The position numbers and the translations under genes are program-made. Of a stretch of 64,000 bases of DNA, positions 57,696 through 64,000 are shown in pieces. The notes beneath the pieces were generated by a model. That model had not been told where the DNA came from, made no database searches, and saw only the letters and a program-made list of their open reading frames with translations. The first letter of the stretch is position 1. Every line of letters starts with the position of its first letter. Source of the DNA: a virus (Duplodnaviria > Caudoviricetes); IMG/VR virus record IMGVR_UViG_3300027751_000009, positions 1-64,000 of that record. The stretch is one strand, 5' to 3'.

Positions 57696-58640
57696 TTAAA
57701 ATGGTACATCATCTTCATTTTCATCTACCATATCTAATGTAGGTGCTGAAGAAACAGGAGCTGTTGGTGCTGCTGCTGGTGCTGGTGGTGTAGCAACTTT
57801 AGGTGGCTGAATTATTTCCATCTTACCATGTGCTACTAATAAATCATCTGTCCAATTTGAAGCTATATATTCTTCATATGTGAAATCAGTTACAAGCATT
57901 TGCTTGATAGGTTCTGTTGAAGATACAGGTGCTCTCTGAATAGGTGGAGCTGCTTTAGGTGCTTGTCCTGTACCATTATTAGTAAATTGTTCTCTTGTAG
58001 CAAAAGCACCACCATTATTTGCGTAACGTACTGCTTCCTCACTTTCTTTTATCATTTTTTGAAGATAATCAGGTAGTTTAGTAAACTCTTCAGTTCTAAA
58101 ACATTCTCCTTTTTCATCAATCATAAAAGATAATAAATCATTAGTTCTCACTACTGATTCCCAATCAAAATTATAAGTTGTTCTCAACTTATCAGTAAGA
58201 CCTTTAATACTTCCAATGTTATTATAAATAATAGTTGGGTCGTCTTTCTTTGGTCTATTTATGATATCAACAATAAATGTTCTACCTAAATATTGACCTA
58301 TACTCCAACCATTTTTGTATTCGCTTTTAGGTACAATTCTACCTTCTGCTCCATCAATAATCTTGGTCTTTAAGTTTGAGGTTTCCCCTAACATAAAAGT
58401 GTACTCTTGGCTCACTACTGTTGAGCGTGCTTCTGTATCTCCCTCATTAAATAATTGCTTTAATAAAGGAAATTCAAATATCAATCTCACTATACGTGAG
58501 CTTTTGTCAAAGTACTTATTGTACTGTGTTCCACAATCAACTATGGAATATAAAATACCAGGATTTGGTCCTGCTTCTAAAACTTGTTTGTCTAATCTCT
58601 TCTTTGAAGAATTAGGTACTATAAAATCATTTGCGTTCAT
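57696..58640 (-). CDS. SSB-like phage replication protein (NGO0469-like N-terminus, acidic DDVPF tail)
   Basis: AG...ILYSIVD.GTQ...VRLIFE...SQEYT..L...SNL; Pro/Ala linker; C-terminal ENEDDVPF. Confidence 0.65.
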   Translation of the reverse strand: MNANDFIVPNSSKKRLDKQVLEAGPNPGILYSIVDCGTQYNKYFDKSSRIVRLIFEFPLLKQLFNEGDTEARSTVVSQEYTFMLGETSNLKTKIIDGAEGRIVPKSEYKNGWSIGQYLGRTFIVDIINRPKKDDPTIIYNNIGSIKGLTDKLRTTYNFDWESVVRTNDLLSFMIDEKGECFRTEEFTKLPDYLQKMIKESEEAVRYANNGGAFATREQFTNNGTGQAPKAAPPIQRAPVSSTEPIKQMLVTDFTYEEYIASNWTDDLLVAHGKMEIIQPPKVATPPAPAAAPTAPVSSAPTLDMVDENEDDVPF

Positions 58641-58975
58641 TTCTGTACTGTTTTTAAATATGAATATAATCGTTTACTTGCATTGAGTCTAAAACCAATC
58701 AATATGGAGAAATAACTATGAATGCGAATTTTGCTCTTTTTTCTTTTGGATATTATTTGTGTGTCTACTTCATATAAGATATTGTTTAAATAATTAGTTA
58801 TTACTGTGTATGCTACTATATAGCTAACATTGTTAGCCTTAGCCGTATCAGTTACGTGCCTAATGAAGTCCTCTTTTAAAAAGACCTCATTAGTTAAGTA
58901 ACTGTAACAATCGGATTGTGAAGTAAATTTTCTGACATTTTTACTTTTGTCTTGTGATAAGTCTTTAATGTACAT
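58637..58975 (-). CDS. Hypothetical basic protein, possibly HU-like
   Basis: Helix-helix then KIRIHSYFSI; adjacent to the HU-like gene. Confidence 0.4.
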   Translation of the reverse strand: MYIKDLSQDKSKNVRKFTSQSDCYSYLTNEVFLKEDFIRHVTDTAKANNVSYIVAYTVITNYLNNILYEVDTQIISKRKKSKIRIHSYFSILIGFRLNASKRLYSYLKTVQK

Positions 58976-59262
58976 TAATAACAGACTTTTTCTGATAAGA
59001 ATTTCTTCAGCTTTTTAGGTACTCTAAAGTATATGTAGTATTTCTTTGGTGATGTAACCATTACATCTTTCTGAAAGTTTAAATACTTTTTCTTCTGTCT
59101 TACTTTTATTAGAATAGTACCTAACTCTCTAAATGTAATATGAGTACCAAACTTTATCTTTTCTAACATACTGTTTTCCACAAATGCTAAAATATCTTTG
59201 CTTTGTTTAAGAGAAAGACCAAACTTTTCTGATACTTCTCTATTAAATTCTTTAAAATGCAT
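58975..59262 (-). CDS. HU/IHF-family DNA-binding protein
   Basis: EF..EVSEK.GLS......ITFRELGT...R....NF......P.K....F pattern; start 59262 preferred (TATATTTG on - strand at 59277-59284). Confidence 0.75.
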   Translation of the reverse strand: MHFKEFNREVSEKFGLSLKQSKDILAFVENSMLEKIKFGTHITFRELGTILIKVRQKKKYLNFQKDVMVTSPKKYYIYFRVPKKLKKFLSEKVCY

Positions 59263-59395
59263 ATCTGATTTTTTAACAAATATAAACAAAAAATAGAAAC
59301 AACACCATAGTAGTGTTGTTTTAATAAAAAAAAACAACTACCTTTGGCTCGAAGTTCTACAAAATGTGAGATAATCACTACTTCATTAGATATAT

Positions 59396-59432
59396 AAAGA
59401 GAGGCTATTTGGATATTAAGCCTCTCTTTTTT
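59396..59432. terminator. Terminator hairpin after dnaB (longer T-tract on + strand)
   Basis: AAAGAGAGGCT / AGCCTCTCTTT stem, 12-nt loop. Confidence 0.7.
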
Positions 59433-60795
59433 ATTCATACTTACCACTAAAATTATAACTATTAATAGTCATATTAATAGGATTAATAAACAAGTGAATA
59501 GTAGTAGTTCCAATATCTCTCCCCTTACCTATAATAAACTCCGTATGGAACAGTTCAGAGAAACCAGGTGTTTGTCCTTTCTGTTCATCATAATAAGCTT
59601 CTCTATATAAGAATGCTACAATATCAGCATCTTCTTCTATACTACTTGACTCTTTTAAATCTGATAGTTTAGGTCTTTTATTCTCTCTGTTCTCTACTGC
59701 TCTACTTAATTGAGATAAAGCAACAAAAGCAACATAAAGCTCTTTAGCTATAGATTTCAACTCTCTTGTAATAATAGTCACTAATACTCTTAGTTCCATC
59801 TTATCAACACTACCAGTTCTTTGTATGTAATCTAAAAAGAATAGCTTAGTATTAAACTTAGCTACATATTCTTTAGACTTTCGTACTATGTCCTCAATAG
59901 TTCTGATTTTATCATCAATAACAAGATTTGATTGCTCTATATACCTATCAGCTTGTATTACTTTCATCAATTCATCATTAGACAGTTCCCCTTTTTTTAT
60001 TCTTTTGTATTCAATACCAGTGATCAGTCCAATCAATTTAGATTTCAACTGATTACGTGCCATTTCTAATGAAAAGAATACTACGTGATTACCTTCCATT
60101 GCAGAGTTCCAAGCTGATATTAAAGCATAGGTAGTTTTACCCATACCTGGTCTTGCTGCTATGATAACTAATTCGCCTAAAGAATAACCGCCTGTAAATG
60201 AATCAATAGCATCTACAGAGGTAGTAATACCTGTAGACTTACCTTCTGATTTATTTTTAACCTTATTACGTATTTCAGTTTCGTAATCATTTTCTTGTTG
60301 CGTAGTAATATTAACAGTTAACCTATTATAAAGTTTATTATAGGCACTAATAATATTATCTCCAACTTGAAGTACATCTCGATTGTTCCAATTCCCATAA
60401 AGCACATCGTAGGCTTTATGGTTCCAGAAATCAAATAACACATATTGTTTAAGCATCATTATGTGATGCTCTAATAGTACGTGAGAGTTAATTCCTTTTT
60501 GTAGAATATCAATAACTTCATACTCAAAAGTCTTTGCATTATTAAATCTAAACTTATCAGGTCTAAATTGACAAATAGTAACTACTGTTGGTATAATGCC
60601 ATTTTCATAACATTCTAATACTGCTTTAAAAATAAATTGGTGAGTAAAAGAATGAAAGTCTAATATAGTAAGGTTGTGTTTTAGAACAAGTTCTTTAACA
60701 CCACTCTTATTATCGGCTCCTATAATACTTGCCAATACTTGTATCTCAATATTTATCCTATGATAGACATCATAATTTTTCTCTGTTTTTTCCAT
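59431..60795 (-). CDS. dnaB: Replicative DNA helicase DnaB
   Basis: IIAARPGMGKTT Walker A, FSLEM, FLDYIQ, LSQLSR, DLKESSSIEEDAD. Confidence 0.95.
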   Translation of the reverse strand: MEKTEKNYDVYHRINIEIQVLASIIGADNKSGVKELVLKHNLTILDFHSFTHQFIFKAVLECYENGIIPTVVTICQFRPDKFRFNNAKTFEYEVIDILQKGINSHVLLEHHIMMLKQYVLFDFWNHKAYDVLYGNWNNRDVLQVGDNIISAYNKLYNRLTVNITTQQENDYETEIRNKVKNKSEGKSTGITTSVDAIDSFTGGYSLGELVIIAARPGMGKTTYALISAWNSAMEGNHVVFFSLEMARNQLKSKLIGLITGIEYKRIKKGELSNDELMKVIQADRYIEQSNLVIDDKIRTIEDIVRKSKEYVAKFNTKLFFLDYIQRTGSVDKMELRVLVTIITRELKSIAKELYVAFVALSQLSRAVENRENKRPKLSDLKESSSIEEDADIVAFLYREAYYDEQKGQTPGFSELFHTEFIIGKGRDIGTTTIHLFINPINMTINSYNFSGKYE

Positions 60796-60798
60796 AAT

Positions 60799-62133
60799 CT
60801 ATGCTGATTTTAATTTGACTTCTTTTTGCTTTGCTATCTTCTTGATAGTTCTAAGGTTCTTTGTAAGAGTAGCTATAATAGGTTTATTATACCTTGATGC
60901 TTTATTGCCTAAACCTCTGGATTGAACTATGGTAAAATTCTCTAATGAAACTTCTATAGTTTCTTTAGGTTTTCCTTTATAGTAACCACAAAGTAATAGT
61001 GCATCTTCTTCTCTATGATATCCATTAGTATGAATACAATGCTTAAAAAGATTACCTAATTTCTCTACTTCATCTACAGTTTTTATAACTGTGATCATTA
61101 CATCTCCATTTTTAAATTCAAGTTCTTTCCATCGTTCCATACGTTTACTATACCACTCTTTATCTTTACGTAATTTTTCAAGCTCTGCTTGTTTACGTTC
61201 TTCATCTTTCATTCTTCTTATAGCTTCATATTGCTTTTGTTTTTTCTTGACATAGACATTATGAGCTTCTTTAAAGTTCTCTGGACAAACATATTTAGGA
61301 CTTCTTAAATCTTTACCAAATTCTTCTAAAAGCTTTAAGTAATCTAAATAATTTTCCATTTTCTTTATCTTATATTTATTTCTAAATACTATCTTAAATG
61401 AAGACCAATATTTCTGTATCTGCTCTCTTCTGTAGCTATAACAACAAGTTTGAAAGCCATCTACATATCCAAGTTTTAGCAATGTTTCAGCTATTGGAAA
61501 AGTAAGCAATAACCAGAACGTAGTAAACGGTGTAATATTATCATCGTATTTTTCAAGACCATTTCTTTTAATGATAGGTAGATATTTAATACGTGGATAA
61601 GTATAGTTTACATGTTGGTCGTGTGCATTGATAGACTTGTTATTCTTTAGAGAGAACTCTCCAAAAAATCTACTACCATACCAACCAGCCATTCTACCAT
61701 AACCAATGATAGCGTGTTTACCTTGTTCGTTAAGATATATTCTTGAATTTTCAAAAATCCAATAAACACCTTTCTCTTTCGTTTTGTAGGTACATCGTAT
61801 TTCAAATAGTCTGATAACTTGATACTCTTTGAAAGTTGTTATTATTCTGAACTCTCTTGTTTCTCCGTATGTTCTATGTTGCGTTGAAACTATTTTTAGT
61901 TTATGCTTACAGTTAGGACAGTTATCACCCATTACTTCATCTTGCCAACCTTGTGTAGTATGAACTTTATATACGTGACCACAATGTAGACAATGGATAT
62001 TTCCTGACTTATTACGGAAAGCAACAAAGCTATGTGCGTTCTCTCTGGCCCACTTCATTTGGGTTTGAGTTATCTTTGGTAGCTTTTTATCTAAAGCCAC
62101 TATCTCTCTCTGAAATTTAGTCTTTGCTTGCAT
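60799..62133 (-). CDS. PcfJ-domain protein
   Basis: N-terminal CxxC zinc motifs; DYL.LL..FGKD....YVCP.NF.EAH; G....HCI...Y..GY.N; directly after a PcfK-like gene. Confidence 0.85.
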   Translation of the reverse strand: MQAKTKFQREIVALDKKLPKITQTQMKWARENAHSFVAFRNKSGNIHCLHCGHVYKVHTTQGWQDEVMGDNCPNCKHKLKIVSTQHRTYGETREFRIITTFKEYQVIRLFEIRCTYKTKEKGVYWIFENSRIYLNEQGKHAIIGYGRMAGWYGSRFFGEFSLKNNKSINAHDQHVNYTYPRIKYLPIIKRNGLEKYDDNITPFTTFWLLLTFPIAETLLKLGYVDGFQTCCYSYRREQIQKYWSSFKIVFRNKYKIKKMENYLDYLKLLEEFGKDLRSPKYVCPENFKEAHNVYVKKKQKQYEAIRRMKDEERKQAELEKLRKDKEWYSKRMERWKELEFKNGDVMITVIKTVDEVEKLGNLFKHCIHTNGYHREEDALLLCGYYKGKPKETIEVSLENFTIVQSRGLGNKASRYNKPIIATLTKNLRTIKKIAKQKEVKLKSA

Positions 62134-62543
62134 TAGAATAAAGTAGGTTCGTTATCACTTGATAATGTTGAGGTTTTAGGTGCCTCTGGTTTCTTTAACA
62201 TTTTATTTCGTTCTTGTTGTATAAGACTGTCGATAGCTTTCTGTTTAGCTTCAGCTTTTTCTTCTTCTGTAAGAACTACTGTGTGATTAACAACAACACT
62301 ACCATTAAATGCACCACCTATTTCAATATTATCTTCATCGTAATAATGATAAGCCATATTGAATATCTCACTATCTTCAAATCCATTACATCCACTTTTC
62401 TGAACTTGATTTAGAATATAGGTAATACAATCATCTATATTCTTTTCTTCATTTTGAAATCTAACCTCAAAGAAAGGATCTTCGGATGCTCTTTCATTTA
62501 AGTCTTTTAGAATTGCTTCCTTAAACGCTTTCGTTGTTTTCAT
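62133..62543 (-). CDS. PcfK-like / AcrIIA9-family protein
   Basis: FK..I...L..RA..D..F......KNIDDCITYILNQV..SGC.G..D.E....A.HYYDED.I...VVVNH...LTEEEK. Confidence 0.85.
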   Translation of the reverse strand: MKTTKAFKEAILKDLNERASEDPFFEVRFQNEEKNIDDCITYILNQVQKSGCNGFEDSEIFNMAYHYYDEDNIEIGGAFNGSVVVNHTVVLTEEEKAEAKQKAIDSLIQQERNKMLKKPEAPKTSTLSSDNEPTLF

Positions 62544-62751
62544 CTTCTATATCTTCTATTGAATTATAATCTTCTATGTCTGTCATTTCATAGTACTTGC
62601 TAAATTCTTTAGCAAAAGTTCTTGATAATTTGTTCCTGTTTACTTGGTCTGCTTTTTTAATAGCATATCCAATTTGTCTGAAAAAACCACCACCGTACTT
62701 AATCATATTGTTAGCAATATAGTGGTACTCTATCGGTTCCCAATGTTTCAT
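62521..62751 (-). CDS. Hypothetical protein, 76 aa
   Basis: YGGGFF..IG.A...AD..N...L pattern seen in small phage proteins. Confidence 0.6.
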   Translation of the reverse strand: MKHWEPIEYHYIANNMIKYGGGFFRQIGYAIKKADQVNRNKLSRTFAKEFSKYYEMTDIEDYNSIEDIEDENNESV

Positions 62752-62963
62752 ATCAATTGACAGCTCTTAACTGTTTTTGTTTTACATACGTGACAATAAC
62801 CTTTATCTTGGTCAGGTTCATATTGATAGACAGCATTACAGCCATCATTCATACATATACCAGGAACAATACTTCTCAACATTGTTTCCATTAATAGTTC
62901 ATCAATAGTTCTATAGCCTTGCTCTCTGGCTATCATTTGTAATTTACTCATTGTTTTGCTCAT
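62748..62963 (-). CDS. Small zinc-ribbon protein
   Basis: CMNDGC...YEPDQ..GYCHVC. Confidence 0.65.
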   Translation of the reverse strand: MSKTMSKLQMIAREQGYRTIDELLMETMLRSIVPGICMNDGCNAVYQYEPDQDKGYCHVCKTKTVKSCQLI

Positions 62964-63127
62964 AACTTTTCATTTAAAAATTCACATATTACTCCTGCTA
63001 CAATATCGTGTCTATGCGATATTGGTGCTATATAGACTTTCCATATAGGTTTCTTCGGGTCACTACTGATATTCTTTTCTACAACATCAGCTGACCATTC
63101 ACGTTTTTGAACTCTATACCTATTCAT
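62960..63127 (-). CDS. Hypothetical 55-aa protein, not in the ORF track
   Basis: MNRYRVQKREWSADVVEK...CEFLNEKL; ATGA coupling to the next gene. Confidence 0.55.
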   Translation of the reverse strand: MNRYRVQKREWSADVVEKNISSDPKKPIWKVYIAPISHRHDIVAGVICEFLNEKL

Positions 63128-63314
63128 TTGTAAGTTGATATTCTTCTATGTTTCCTGAAATAACATTTTCAACTAAACATTCAATTAATAGTTGTGTAGG
63201 TTCGTAATCATAACAAGCTATTCCTATATCTTCCAATAGAGCTTCTATTTCCCATCTATCTAATTTACGTGCAATATCACATATACGTTGCATTTCTATT
63301 TCTTCTGTTGTCAT
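63120..63314 (-). CDS. Hypothetical acidic protein, 64 aa
   Basis: Coupled ORF. Confidence 0.6.
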   Translation of the reverse strand: MTTEEIEMQRICDIARKLDRWEIEALLEDIGIACYDYEPTQLLIECLVENVISGNIEEYQLTNE

Positions 63315-63481
63315 AATCTATATTTTACTTTAGCTATTATTTTATTATACATTTCATCTTTATTTTCTCCAGGTTCATTTTCGAAATATTCTTCTACTAA
63401 TGAATTAGCATGTTCTTTTAATGAAGAGATTACCCATTCTGATAATTTTTGGGTTACTAAATCTTTTACTGCTTCTGTCAT
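63311..63481 (-). CDS. Hypothetical 56-aa protein, not in the ORF track
   Basis: MTEAVKDLVTQKLSEW...KVKYRL; ATGA overlaps at both ends. Confidence 0.6.
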   Translation of the reverse strand: MTEAVKDLVTQKLSEWVISSLKEHANSLVEEYFENEPGENKDEMYNKIIAKVKYRL

Positions 63482-63789
63482 AGTTTTAAGGATTTGATTG
63501 CTGTTAGTTTTGTTTTGTCAAACCAATGATCGCCCGGCTTACCTTTGTTATCTTGAAAGACTGATATCTTTAAAACGATATCATCTACAGAATATTTGAA
63601 TATCCATACATTAATATTCTTGTATATACCTGCTCTTTTAGTAATAACAGTTTGTAAAAAATCGTGAGAATTTGATTTTGAACTCCCTACTTTGATTTTG
63701 ATTTCTCCTGTTTGTTTGAAACCAAATGATTTGTCTGATTTGTATTTACATGCTGTAACATCAAGCCAGATTGGATAACTTCTGCTCAT
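63478..63789 (-). CDS. Hypothetical protein, 103 aa
   Basis: ORF with an AT-rich leader. Confidence 0.65.
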   Translation of the reverse strand: MSRSYPIWLDVTACKYKSDKSFGFKQTGEIKIKVGSSKSNSHDFLQTVITKRAGIYKNINVWIFKYSVDDIVLKISVFQDNKGKPGDHWFDKTKLTAIKSLKL

Positions 63790-63804
63790 AATATTTATTG
63801 TGTT

Positions 63805-64000
63805 TTAAAATAATGTTTGTTGTCCTAATGGCATAGAGTAATAACATTCAGGTGCGCCATAAATACCTGTACGTTTATCTTCAAGCTTTACTAACTTTTT
63901 ATTAAAAGCTAAATTGCTTAATGCACGTCTTATTGACGTTAGTGGAACACTAATATTATTAGGGTATTTCTCCCAAACTAATGAAGCTGATAACTTAATA
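63805..64000 (-). CDS. 3' part of a gene truncated by the window edge, winged-HTH-like
   Basis: Open frame ...VPLTSIRRALSNL...LVK...R.G.YGAPE..Y...QTLF ending TAA at 63805-63807. Confidence 0.5.
   Translation of the reverse strand, partial: IKLSASLVWEKYPNNISVPLTSIRRALSNLAFNKKLVKLEDKRTGIYGAPECYYSMPLGQQTLF

Noticed and set aside
58975-59337. Track start of the HU-like ORF at 59337
   Set aside because: The extension is low-complexity and crosses a hairpin (59297-59321) and a promoter element; ATG 59262 fits the HU N-terminus
1-64000. Stop-codon recoding (TAG or TGA), common in some crAss-like phages
   Set aside because: The standard code gives intact terminase, portal, capsid and RNAP genes; TAG (7057, 9914, 14089) and TGA (4788, 38367) end genes cleanly next to the following start
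1-64000. tRNA genes, integrase/att sites, homing endonucleases
   Set aside because: No cloverleaf/TpsiC signature, recombinase motif or HNH/GIY-YIG/LAGLIDADG ORF was recognised; intergenic gaps are mostly too short. A tRNAscan-SE run would confirm

Overview
This window is about 64 kb of an AT-rich tailed-phage genome with crAss-like (Crassvirales-type) virion architecture. The host is most likely Bacteroidota, probably Flavobacteriia: TAnnTTTG promoters, A-rich leaders without Shine-Dalgarno sites, and BspA/SprB-like domains. The + strand (679-52175) runs from terminase, portal, scaffold-like protein and major capsid through tail ring proteins, repeat-rich fibre proteins, a lysis cassette, a giant muzzle/adhesin fusion and ejected cargo proteins. 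It ends in a 4163-aa virion RNA polymerase (RxP...GADHDGD) fused to a zincin domain. The - strand (52170-64000) carries small early and replication genes: NinB-like, CAP-domain, 5'-3' exonuclease, SSB-like, HU-like, DnaB, PcfJ and a PcfK/AcrIIA9-family protein. The most unusual signals are four. (1) A ~20-aa 'GxSNGxxTxxGxL' repeat is shared by four virion proteins, next to a separately promoted and terminated 150-aa protein; this may be a scaffold-plus-subunit fibre system. (2) The tail muzzle gene appears split by ~6.4 kb of host-type adhesin domains. (3) Twin hairpins with an identical 11-nt apical motif precede the capsid gene. (4) A GC-rich hairpin sits at a sharp strand-skew switch between divergent gene blocks. 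No tRNA, CRISPR array, integrase, reverse transcriptase or stop-codon recoding was seen. All family assignments come from motif recognition by eye, not from database searches.
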